Source: the human T2T-CHM13v2.0 reference genome, Homo sapiens
Assembly (NCBI RefSeq): GCF_009914755.1
Contig: NC_060938.1
Strand: one strand, 5' to 3'
DNA length: 64,000 nt
Within the stretch, counting starts at the first letter, position 1. Every line of letters starts with the position of its first letter. The notes below the pieces were generated by a model. It saw only the letters and a program-made list of their open reading frames with translations, did no database searches and was not told the DNA's origin. Shown here piece by piece: positions 1 through 11,949 of this stretch. The position numbers and the translations under genes were made by a program.

Positions 1-663
1 CTTTAGTCAGAAAGCCATGTTTAGCATGATCCCCTGCTCACGTATTTTTTTCTAGCTTCTAAAGTGCCTTTCATACATGGAACTTTGTCTTCATTAGGAA
101 ATTTATTTCAATAGCGTCAAGACATCAAATAATTTATGTATTTGGTGTCCATTTTTATAAAGATACATGAAATATATGAGAAGGTTAAGAAGAGGTAAAG
201 GAGGTTAAGGAACCTCATCGGCTCCATTATATTTGGAAGTTGTGACCTGTGTTAAAGCATTGACTATCACTGTTTATATTTATCATAATTTGGCATGCAA
301 AAATGAGAGTCACAATTTCAGCCACTTGCATTAATTTTACTTCTAAGAGATTGAATTTTATAATAGAGTCGGGTAGTTATTACATAAAAAGTTTTGCGTT
401 ATTCCTTTTCAACTTTGAGTTTAATACATTAAAACAATTAATTCAGAAGTTGATACGAGACTGTTCAAAATATCTGTTTGAGTGTGGACACTTCTTAAAT
501 GACAAAAGCACAGTTAAAAGATTTATTGATTGAGAAGTGTAATGGAGTTGAACACTATGAAGATAAATTTGTAATATTTCATAATTACTCCACCAACTGG
601 TAGAACAAATAATGGATGCTTTTACAAAATAGATAACTTGTACTGTACGTGATATCATAAGAT

Positions 664-729
664 ATCTGAAGACGCTTCAACCAATTTTGACAAGAAAGAT
701 CTGAAGACGCTTCAACCAATTTTGACAAG
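664..729. repeat. Perfect 31-bp direct repeat (period 35)
   Basis: ATCTGAAGACGCTTCAACCAATTTTGACAAG at 664-694 and 699-729. Confidence 0.95.
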
Positions 730-1770
730 GCTAAGATAAGCTATTTTAAGACAAGAGCGATAAGCTATGGCTACTATATTAATAAATAAATTATGGTAGG
801 CAAGGCAATGACCTGAGTTGTTTGCAGTGTTGTTGAGTAGTATCACTAGGGCATGGTCTTTAATGTTTACACAGAAAGAAAATTTGTCACAATCGGTGAT
901 CCTGTAATCAGTTGTCCTGTATATGGGATCGTCCAGAACACATTCTCTTCAGAGCGGGGCATACAGAACGGCGTGGCTTGCTGGGGCTTATTTGGAGTCT
1001 GAATTGAAGTCATGGAAAAAATATAAATTCGAAGGTTTGATAACCTAATAACCAAACTCTGTAATCTAATATGATCTGTATGAACAGAGCTGGCTGTTGA
1101 AACTGAATAGAAAAGAGAATGGGACCTTTAAAACACAACTTGATATCTGAGGGGTTAATTCTAAACTCTTCGTCAAAGAGAGATTCGTTTTTCTGCTGTT
1201 TGGCCCCAAGATTGGCAACTGGATAGGCATTGGAATTGAGGAGGAATACTGTTATATCAATAGATAAGTCAAAAGATCTGCAGAGATTTGTACAAACCTT
1301 CTTATCATAACATGATGTATTTGTACTTTAGGAGAAACAACAACATACATAGATGTGAGGCTAGAGGATTATTGTATCTTACATTGTCTGTATAATTCAT
1401 TACAGGTATCAAATATGTGTCAATCTCCCAGTTCCATCACAGGTGCAATGATAAAATACAGTAGTTGGTCAAATGATCATTTTTCCTCTCAATGTGACCA
1501 TGTTTATTTTCAGATTTGTTAACAAATTAAGAGTTGGTTGATCCAAAAGAAAGTCTGCATTGGGTGAGCTTCTCAGCCAGTACATAGAGAAGTGTGAGAT
1601 GACACACACTAGTTTGCTATACCAGGAAACCTCTGTTTCCTGTTCTAGGGCAGCAGTAGCAGCAGCACATGGCCCAGTAATTCTTCTCTCACCATGCCAG
1701 GTTCACTTCACAGTACAGAGTCCTGAAAATAAAGAAGAAAATTTTTTTTTATCTAGAAAAAGAACCAAAC

Positions 1771-2284
1771 ATGTCACTTTCTAGCCTGCTGAAGGTGGTC
1801 ACAGCTTCACTGTGGCTAGGTATGGGTGGCCCAGTGGGAATGGACTTTCTGTATGAACTAAGGACTTTGGAAGTATCTTTATGGAAACTTTGGGAAGGAG
1901 GGGTAATGGGGTACAAAAATTGAATTTCTTTGTCCCAATCCACTTTATCCTTAAACCTTCAAATTCTATCTTTTTTCCTTCAGGACCTGGCATTGCCCAG
2001 AAGATAACTCAAACCCAACCAGGAATGTTCGTGCAGGAAAAGGAGGCTGTGACTCTGGACTGCACATATGACACCAGTGATCCAAGTTATGGTCTATTCT
2101 GGTACAAGCAGCCCAGCAGTGGGGAAATGATTTTTCTTATTTATCAGGGGTCTTATGACCAGCAAAATGCAACAGAAGGTCGCTACTCATTGAATTTCCA
2201 GAAGGCAAGAAAATCCGCCAACCTTGTCATCTCCGCTTCACAACTGGGGGACTCAGCAATGTACTTCTGTGCAATGAGAGAGGG
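1771..2284 (+). CDS. TRAV14DV4: T-cell receptor alpha variable 14/delta variable 4 (leader exon 1771-1819, intron 1820-1983, V exon 1984-2284)
   Basis: ATG at 1771 gives [17 protein letters not shown] with a GT donor at 1820 and CAG acceptor at 1981-1983. V exon reads [27 protein letters not shown]...GLFWYKQ...[11 protein letters not shown] with the conserved Cys/Trp/Cys, followed by an RSS. Sequence recognised. Confidence 0.97.
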
Positions 2285-2323
2285 CACAGTGACAGAACTG
2301 TCGGAGGGAGGTGTACAAAAGCC
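2285..2323 (+). promoter_or_regulatory. 23-RSS of TRAV14/DV4
   Basis: CACAGTG (2285-2291), 23-bp spacer, ACAAAAGCC (2315-2323). Confidence 0.95.
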
Positions 2324-2689
2324 CTGGGGACCTGCTTGAGACCTCCACCTGCTGGAGAACCAAGGCGGGAAATCAACATCACAGACAGGAAGTGGCTACA
2401 GCTGTGGCAGCCCAGATGCAGTGTTGTAGGAAATACACTTAACTCTAAGAAAATACCTCTTTAAGTTCATAGACCATGATCAAAGTTATCATTAACTAAA
2501 AACTTTCTTATCCCTGAATCTTTGGTTTAAAGTTTAGACATACCAAATTTGTGACTGAAGATTGAAGAGAAAAAACTGCCACAATAAACAATTTGCCATT
2601 TGGCTACTAAATTGAACTGGATTCAAAAACATGTGACTGAAAAATCATTTAAAATATCTGTGAATTTTCATATCAATTTGTTCAGTAAA

Positions 2690-3975
2690 TACTGGAGATC
2701 TAAAAAAAGTTCATGAAAAATACGTATTATAAAAACTATTTTTGGATTTCAATTTTTTTTTGCACCAAAATAAACTTACACTTAAATTGCTATAACATAT
2801 GTAGACAGGATCTACTTTGAGGCACTAAGAAAAATAGGACAGCAATTTGAAAAGAACCCCTATTAGAGCAACAGATTCTGCTAAAATGAAGCAAAGGAAA
2901 GCTTCACATTTATGGTGAAGGTTGGGTAGTAGAATGGTGAAATCATCAATTCTCTATGAAACTTTACGAAGTCAGTGCTCCAAATAAATCAGCAGTTAGC
3001 AAGTGGATAACTCATTTTAAGAAGGGATGAGACAATGTTGAAGGTAAATCCTGCAGTGGTAGACCATCCACACCAATTTGTTTGGAAAAAGTTAACCTTA
3101 TTTGTGCCCTAATTGAAATGGACTGATGATTAACAGCAGAAACAATAGCCAACACCACAGACACCTCAATCGGCCCAGCTTACACAATTTTGACTGAAAA
3201 TTAAAGTTGAGCAAACTTTCCATTCCATGGGTGCCAAAACTATTGGACCTAGATCAGTTGCAGACAAGATCAGAGCTTTCAATAAAAATTTTAAGCAAGT
3301 GGGATCAAGCCCCTGAAGCATTTCTTTGAAGAGCTGTAACAAGAGATAAAGCATGGCTTTACCAGTATAATTCTGAAGGCAATGCACAATCAAAACAATG
3401 GCTACCAAGAGGTGGAAGTGGTCCAGTCAAAGCAAAAGTGGACCAGTAAAGTGCAAAAATTATGGCAATAGTTTTTTGGGATGCTCAAGGAATTTTGCTT
3501 GTTAGCTTTCTGGAGGGCCAAAGAGCAAAAACATTTGCTTATTATGAGCATGTTTTGAGATATGTAGCCAAAACTTTAGGAGATAAATGCCTAGGAAAGC
3601 TCCACCAGAGATTTCTTCTTCACCATGACAATGATCCTGCTCACTCCTCTCATCAAACAAGGGCAATTTTGTAAGAGTATTGATGGAAAATCGTTAGGCA
3701 TCTACATAGCCTTGATTTGGCTCCTTGGACCTCTTTTTGTTTCTTAATGTTAAAAAAATCTTTAAAAGGCACCCATTTTCTTCAGTTAGTAATGTAAAAA
3801 TGAACTCATTGACATAATTAAATTCCCAGGACCCTCAATTATGCAGCAATGGACCAAATGGCTAGTATCACTGCTTACAAAAGTGTTTTGAGCTCAATGG
3901 AGCTTATTTCAGGAATAAGGTTTATATTTTTTATTTTGATTTTACTTTACACGAACCTTTTGAAATGTCCTTGTA
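2690..3975 (+). mobile_element. Full-length decayed Hsmar2 mariner DNA transposon
   Basis: Transposase remnants: WVPKLL near 3228 and ORF 3462-3674 VFWDAQGILLV...LLHHDNDPAH. Degenerate terminal inverted repeats (...AAAAGTTCATG / CACGAACCTTTTGAA...) with TA ends; about 1.29 kb. Confidence 0.88.
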
Positions 3976-5060
3976 TTTATTGTGTTATAGACATTATTTT
4001 AAATAGGAAAGGCATTGAAATCTTTTATATTTCCCTTCTAAATATATTATGTTGTTTATATTGTTTAATGGATTAATTTGATTTAGGTTTGTTTGCTGTG
4101 AGTAAATGGTACTTAAACATTTATTTTCTAAAGGTGTCTACTATGTGCTAAGAGCTCCTTTCATCTTATTAACACCTTGAATGTGGAAGAAATCAGTCTC
4201 CATACTACAGATTTACCTGCCTCTCAACATTCCTATCCACGAAGTGATCATTATTTAGTGGCTTCCAGAAGGACATGTGGAGAATGTTCCTCACAGAGGC
4301 ACAAACCTTTTCATTTATATATTAATAAGACATCTTTTCTTCTAAAATGAATCACCATTTTTGAAATATATGAAATTTCCCTTTCCCTATAATGTTTCCA
4401 CATGGTTTATTTCGTTCCACTGATCTATTTGTTTCACTCTATGACAATCTCAGAATGTAGTTTTATAGTAAATTTTATAATCTCTTAGGGTAAATCACTT
4501 TTCACCAAAAATCTTTTTCAAGATTTTAAAAAATAATTCTTGCACATTTACTTTTCAGTATGTTAAAAGTTCTGTCACATTTTCCTCATGTTCAATACCC
4601 TTCTATTAAACTGACAAAACAAAAATGTCTAAAAACCAGACAGTTGAAATTGCATTTAATGAATATGTTAACAAATATCAACTTGTTTTCGTATGTTTTT
4701 ATTCAGTAAAATGATATTTTTTCTAATTGTAAAGGATCTTTTATGTTCTCTATTACATTGTGAAGTTTCTTACTTTTATCTTCATATGGATTTGTATATA
4801 ACTGTTCCCACACATCCATCTATATATATGCATTTTAAATGAAATTATCTTTTATATATTCATTTTTACTGATATTCCCAGTACAAACAAATGCTATTTA
4901 AAAATCATCTTGGTTATATAGCTAAGAGTTTCTAACTTTAAAGTACAGATAATTTGCAATATATTCATACTACTTGAACCATTAAAGTTTATTTTATGAA
5001 CCTAGACTAACCTCAACCCAACACCTAAAAAATAGCATGATAAAAATATTTACTCTCCAA

Positions 5061-5354
5061 TTTTTTTTTTTAAGACAGAGTCTCGCTCTGTTGCTCAGAC
5101 TGGAGTGCAGTGCCACTATCTCGGCTTACTGCATCCTTTGCCTCCTGGGTTCAAGCGATTCTCCTGCCTCAGCTTCCTGAGTAGCTGGGATTACAGGCGT
5201 GCACCACCACCACACCCGGCTAGTTTTTGTATTTTTAGTAGAGATGGGGTTTCACCCTGTTGGTCAGGCTGGTCTCAAACTTCTGACCTTGTGATCTACC
5301 CGCCTCAGCCTCCCAAAGTTCTGGGATTACAGGCTTGAGCCACCAAGCCCAGCC
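5061..5354 (-). mobile_element. AluS element
   Basis: Poly-T then dimeric Alu reverse complement; flanking TACTCTCC(A/T)ATT target-site duplication. Confidence 0.93.
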
Positions 5355-5362
5355 TACTCTCC

Positions 5363-6040
5363 TATTAAAAAGTCAAGAAACAACAGATGCTGGCGAGGCT
5401 GCGGAGAAATAGGAATGCTTTTACACTCTTGGTGGGAACGCAAATTAGTTCAACCATTGTGGAAGACAATGTGGAGATTCCTCAAAGACCTACAGCCAGA
5501 AATACCATTTGACCCAGCAATCTCATTACTGGGTATATACCCAAAGGAATATAAATCATTCTATTATAAAGATACCTGTACCTGCATGTTCATTGGAGCA
5601 CTATTCACAATAGCAAAGATGTACAATCAACCCAAAAGCCCATCGATGATAGACTGGATGAAGAAAATGTGGTTCATATACACCATGGATACTATGCAGC
5701 AATAAAAATAAATGAGATCATGTCCTTTGCAGGGACATGGATGGGGGTAGAAGCCATTATCCTCAGCCAACTAACACAGGAACAGAAAATCAAGCACCTC
5801 ATGTTCTCACTTATAAGTGGGAGCTGAACAGTGAGAACACACGGACACAGGAAGGGGAACAACACACACTGGGGCCTGTTGGGGAGGGAGGCGGAGGGAA
5901 AGCATCAAGATAAATAGCTAATGCGTGTGAGGCTTAATACCTAGATAATGGGTTGATAGGTGCAGCAAACCACCATGGTACATGTTTACCTATGTAGCAA
6001 ATCTGCATATTCTGAATATGTATCCAAGAACTTAAAAGAA
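5363..6040 (+). mobile_element. L1PA 3' fragment (ORF2 C-terminus and 3'UTR)
   Basis: ORF 5415-5705 matches the L1 ORF2 C-terminus ([21 protein letters not shown]); typical 3'UTR follows. Confidence 0.9.
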
Positions 6041-7158
6041 CATATTTAAAATTCATTGAAGAAATTGAACATATATTTGCAAGTGTCCCATGCCAATATA
6101 AAACACATTATAATAAGCATGTATACATCTTATTAAATCAGAATGAATATCCATATATTCATATTCATATAACTTGATAAAAAATAGCAGTTGGATACAT
6201 AGTATTAATTTAAAAATTCTAGTTTTAAAATTTATAATTTTAGATTTTTAATTTAAATTTTAAATTTCAAATTTTTAAAATACCTCATTTTATTTCTGAT
6301 GTCTGGAATCTTATTTAGTTGAAAATGTCTCTTTGAATTCTCTGAGTACCATGAGCTTGTATAGCTTATGCTGCTGCCTCTAATGTAGCTGCTATTGTTT
6401 TCAATATGGAATGAACAAGGTGATTGGATTTCTTGAACCACTTACTATAATAGAACCTCTAGATATTTCTACCAAATAAAGAGTAGAGAACAAATTAAAA
6501 TACGCCAAATGTATTTTTACAGCTACTTTCACATCTATTAGATGGAGTCTTTCATAGACATTTTATGAAAGAGTTTCATAATCCTCACACTTGTTACAAC
6601 GTACAGTCTAAACAGGCAAGATCTATTCACTCTAACATAATATCTAAGGGATGGTGTGAAGGATATTGCAAGCATATACACACACACGCACACACACTCA
6701 CATCTCACCACAAGTTAGAGTTTACAGATAGCGGTTTACCTTTGAGGTAGTTAGAGAGAACCAGTAAAGAAGTCACACATATTCAGCCTAATAAGTAATT
6801 AGTTCAAATCTAATAGAAATGACATCTAAAATTGGAATCTTAGAAACAAGACTCTACTAAAAGATAACTTTGGAATGCACCAAAAATCAGTTTTTTAATT
6901 GAGAAATATTGCCTTTCACTAACTCTTCAGTCATTATCATTGTATTTCTTGGCATCTACATCTGGGAAAACCTTTGTAACCACAGGTAAAATGTAATATG
7001 GAAATGGTCACTCTACCTTAGTTTAATAAATGTATTCAATTGTTTTAGTGACAGAAAATTTACTCTTGAATAGAGATGCAAATATTTAAATTAAGTAATT
7101 AAAACCCAGAAGGCAGTGTATTAACAAAATAATGCAGCTTGATTTTTAAAAAGTTATT

Positions 7159-7365
7159 ATTATTATTATTTTTTTTATTATTATACTTTAAGTTTTAGGG
7201 TACATGTGCACATTGTGCAGGTTAGTTACATATGTATACATGTGCCATGCTGGTGCGCTGCACCCACTAACTTGTCATCTAGCATTAGGTATATCTCCCA
7301 GTGCTATCCCTCCCCCCTTCCCCCACCCCACCACAGTCCCTAGAGTGTGATATTCCCCTTCCTGT
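7159..7365 (-). mobile_element. Short, young L1 3' end (L1PA2-like) with TSD
   Basis: TTATACTTTAAGTTTTAGGGTACATGTGCAC...TCATCTAGCATTAGG; TSD AAAGTTATT at 7150-7158 and 7366-7374. Confidence 0.9.
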
Positions 7366-7894
7366 AAAGTTATTTATTCACTTATATATCCATTTATTTT
7401 TAAAAAATCATTCAGCACCTACAGAGTGACAAACTTTGTGCTGAGAACTCAGTCCATTTAACAATCTTATTGCAATCTCTAGCATGTAATAGCTCAATTT
7501 CTATACTGTAGGTTTACCTGCCCCATACCAGATTTATCCATAAAATGATTAATAAATTAGTGGCTCTTAGAGGGACATTGTAGAGAGGCAGAATTTGAAG
7601 TCTTTCTTTTCTCTGCTTTTGTGCTTCATTTTACCCCTCTTTCAAAAACATTTAATGCCATCATGTGGATCAACTTTGCACACCCCCAGACCTGTTCCAC
7701 CATCCAAAATCCTCATTCTTTTCAATCTTCTCCTTCTACCTCCAACACCATTTTCTCCTTCCCTAAGCTTTGAATGGTAATGGTTGGTTGGTAAGTGATC
7801 TTGTATTGTAACATCCTCTTGTATTTGCATTTGAAAAGTAGATGTGTATAGTATAAATCTTAAAGAGAAATATGTTTAAAAATTTTTAAAATTA

Positions 7895-9975
7895 TTTTTA
7901 ATTGTGGAAAAATATATATAACATAAATTTTGCCATGTTAACCATTTACAAATGGACACTTCAGTAGTGTTAAGTACATTCCTTTGTTGTGCAACCATCA
8001 CTACCATCCATCTTGAGAACTCTTTTCATTTTGGAAACCTGAAACTCTGTGACTACTAAACAATAGCTCTCTATTTTCTTCTCCACCTAATCCCTAGAAA
8101 CCAGCCTTCCTTTCTGTCTTTATAAGTTTGACTACTCTAGGTACTTTGTATAACTAGAGTCATACAATTTTTTTTTGTGACTGCCTTATTTCACTTAGCG
8201 TAATGTCCTCAAAGTTCATTCATGTCATAGTATGAAGCAGGCTTTCAGAATTTCCTTCCTTTATAAGGCTGCATATTATTCAATTGTGTGTACATACCCT
8301 ATTTTGTTAAACTATTTATCTATCAATGGAAATTTGAGCTGTTTCTATCTTTTGGCTATTGTGAATAAGCTGCTCTCAACAAGAGTATGCAAACGTCTCA
8401 ATATTTGGGGTATATCCCCCAATTCTTTCAACTTTAGAAGTGATATACCCAGAAGTGCAATTGCTGAATCACATAATAATTCTATTTTTAATTTTTTAAA
8501 GAACTGCCAAACTGGTTTCCACAGTGGCTGCTGTACCATTTTACATTTTCACCAACAGGACACAGGTGTTTTGATTTCTCCACATTTCATCAGCACTTCT
8601 TTTACTATCATTATTTTTGATATGAATAGTAGCCATCCTAATGGGCATGAAGTAGTATGTCATTATGATTTTTATTTGCATTTCCCTAATAATTCGTGAT
8701 GATGAGTATCTTTTCCTGTGCTTATTGGCCAATTGTATATCTTCCTTGGAAAAATGCCTATTCAACTACTTTGCCCATTTTGAAATGGGGTGTCTGTCTT
8801 TCTCTCTCTCTCTTTCTCTCTTTCTTTCTTTCAAGATGGTGTTTCACCATGTTGCCCAGGCTGGTTTTGAACTCCCGAGCTAAAGCAATTCACCTACCTC
8901 GGCCTCCAAAGTCCTGGGATTACAGATGTGAGCCACCGCGCCTGGCCTGGGTTGTCTTTTTTTTCTGCTGAGTTGTAAGAGTTCTTTATATATTCTGGAT
9001 ATTGATCTTTTGTCGGATATATGATTTGATATTTTTTTTTCCATTCCATGGGTTGTTTATCCACTCTGTCACTCCATTAATTGTGCCCTTTGATGCACAG
9101 TAGTTTTTAATTTTGATGTAGTCAAGTTTATCTAAGTTTTCTTTTGCATCCTATGCTTTTGGTATTATAGCCAAGAAATTATTGCCAATTCCATGCTTTC
9201 TGAAGGCTGAAAAAAAAGAAAAAAAGAAAAAGAAATTATTGCCAAATCTAAATCGCGATGCTTTTCCTGTAAGATAAGAGTGCAGTTTCACTCTTTTGCA
9301 TGTGGATATCCAGTTTTTCCCAACACTGTTTGTTGAAAAGACTTTCCTTTCACCCTTAAACAGTCTTAGGACCCTTTCCTAAAATAATTTGGTTGTAAAT
9401 GTGAAGGTTTAATTTTGGGCTCTCTATTGTATTGCATTGGTCTATATGACTGTCATTATGCAAGCACCACACAGCTTTTGCTATATTACTGTAGCTTTGT
9501 AATCAGCTTTGAAATCAGGAAGTGTTAGACCTTCCAAACTTGTTCCTTTTCAAGATTATTTTGGCTATTTGGGGTTTCACAAGCTGCCATATGAACTTTT
9601 GGATGGATTTTTCTATTACTGCAAAAACACTATTGGGATTTTGATAGGGATTGAATTGAATCTGTAGATTGCTTTTGGTAGCATCGACATTTTAATGATG
9701 TTAAATTCTCCAATCCATAAATATCAGATGTCTTTCAACTTATTTGTGCCTTATTTAATTTATTTCAGCAACATTTTTGTTTTCATTGTGCAAGTCTTTA
9801 GCATTGTTGTTTAAGTTTATTCCTAAGTATTTTATTCTTTTTGATGCTATTGCAAATGGAATTATTTTCTTAATTTCCAAAGTGTTCATTGTTAGTTTAT
9901 AGAAATGCAATTGATTTTTGTGTGCTGTTTCTGTATCCTTCAAGTTTGTTGAATTCATTTATTAGTTCTAACTAC
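7895..9975 (-). mobile_element. Old L1 (L1M) 3' portion with an inserted Alu monomer (about 8800-8947)
   Basis: Minus-strand ORFs 8345-8539, 8541-8765 and 9755-9958 are L1 ORF2-like; FLAM-like sequence inside. Confidence 0.85.
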
Positions 9976-11949
9976 AAGCATATTTAATGGTGGAATTTCA
10001 GGTGTTGTGACAGCAGATTGGAGAACAGGACATTTGTCTCATGTCCCTCAGGATAACTCATGTAGGCTGCAAAACTTCAAGCATACATAGAAGCATCAAC
10101 TTCATAATGTAATCATTTTATATCTTTAATACATCAGGCCCTTCAAAATTTAGTTTAAATGTTGAGAAGTCAAAGAATGATGTCCTTCTAAGAATAAATA
10201 TTCTAACACATGATGATGTGCTGAACAAGATGAAGAATTTGTATTTGGATACATATTTTTAAAGCAATGTTTAGTTAGTAATTGAAAATACTAAACCAGG
10301 AGAAAATAATGTGCACTCTGGTTTCCATACTAGAGAGATATAGAAGCAGAAAGTTTTACCTCAGTCCACAGATCTAGTAAATAAACATCCAACACTTAAA
10401 CTTGGGTCATTTGACTCCAATTGATGAATTTTCAGCAAACAATGAAATATAAAAGTAAGCCAATTCAATATACAACTCCAGAAGTTATAAAATTAACAGT
10501 AAAATAAAATGGTTGAGAGTAGATTGAAGGAATTAAAAATAAAAGCAAGAAATTAATGGCTCAAAGGAAAATAACAAAATCAATGATAAAACCACAACAT
10601 GATATTTTGAAAATAATTACAATACTAACATGATCCAGAAAAAAAAAGTGAGAAGGGACAAATGCATGCACAAAAAAAAACAACATAATTAAGTTGAATT
10701 TATTTTGGGAATGTAAAGATGATTTAATACTTGAAAATCTATTAATATAATGCTTGAAATTAACAAACTTTAAGAAGGCCAAAGATGTTCTAATGCCTGG
10801 TTTGGTGGATTGTTTCATTTGGATCTAGGATGATTCACTGTACCTGTGCATTTGTGCAAGCTCATTTAATTTGGTTGGCTCTTAAAAATATTCGGATTCT
10901 TTCTCTTAATTTGACCCCAATTATAGATATAGTGTTATTGTTCTTAAATTTCTTGTTGCATTTAGATTATTTCTATGAAGAAAGGGGAAAATGATAAATT
11001 TATTCAATCATATTTATGACAAAGTTTTGGCTTCCATATTATTGTTTTTGTATTTTTCTTTTATTGTGAAGTGTACCAAGTTTTATTTTAGAAATTGCTG
11101 GACCAGTAAATATTGTTCAAGTTGATGGGTTGTATAGACTTCAGATTTTTGGAATGTTCTTGAAAATTATTCCCATTTATGTCCTTAAACCTTGCATAAT
11201 CTTGTGAAATAATGCTTCATAACAATGACTGACTGTGCACAGATTAAACAATGCTTTAAATAATGTTAGTCATTAGGAAGAATTAAGCTATGATCCTGTA
11301 TGTGAGAAATTTTCATACTGGTTAATTTGAACAACTATGCTTTAGACTCCTTTATCACAAGCAAGTTTCCAGGAACAGAAAGAGAGTGGTCACTGGCCAT
11401 GAATAAAGTTCCAGTACTCTGGTGGTTCACAGAAGTTTAGGAACTTTTTCAGCCTTGCTACCATGCATTGCTCATCAGGTGTTTAATAATTGGTCTGAAA
11501 GGAATGCTTATGCCACTACCTGGTGGTCAGCTCCTAAACTGCAGTTTATTCATCCTTTAAAATATGTTTTCTTTCCTCTTTTAGTCAAAGAATGAGACCT
11601 GAAATTATTTAATTATTTTAAAAAATTTCATTTGGATAAATAGAGCACCTATTAACTTGCTGTCTTAAAATATTTCAAGGGCTTGGGAAAAAGTCACGTT
11701 GGTGTCTTCTAACTTCTCTCTGAAATTTCTCTGAAAGCAATTTATACTGGAAAAAATAGGGAACACATGTTTTGCTATTAATGAGATTTATGTTCAAAAC
11801 TATTAACTTTGCCATGTACTTACTTGCTGAATACTTTTGTGTTTTGTTACATTTTTTTTGTAAAGTGTGATAGTGATAGCTTCTTTAGTATTTGTTGTGA
11901 GAATTCATCAATAATGTATCAAAGAAGATTAACAAGTAGCAGATGATCT

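Noticed and set aside
664-729. Direct repeats as a possible CRISPR-like array
   Set aside because: Only two copies with a 4-bp gap, in mammalian DNA; a simple tandem duplication.
1881-1983. N-terminal extensions of the V-exon ORFs in the track (also at 18947 and 56465)
   Set aside because: These read through intron sequence; the true starts are in the upstream leader exons.
6253-6441. Minus-strand ORF with faint V-domain resemblance (QSP...SWYS...DIR)
   Set aside because: No conserved Cys, no YFC motif, no RSS, and opposite strand to the V array; likely chance.
11511-11530. Reverse-oriented CTCF-like sequence (CCACCAGGTAGTG on the minus strand)
   Set aside because: Mismatches in the core G positions and no associated gene; too weak without ChIP data.
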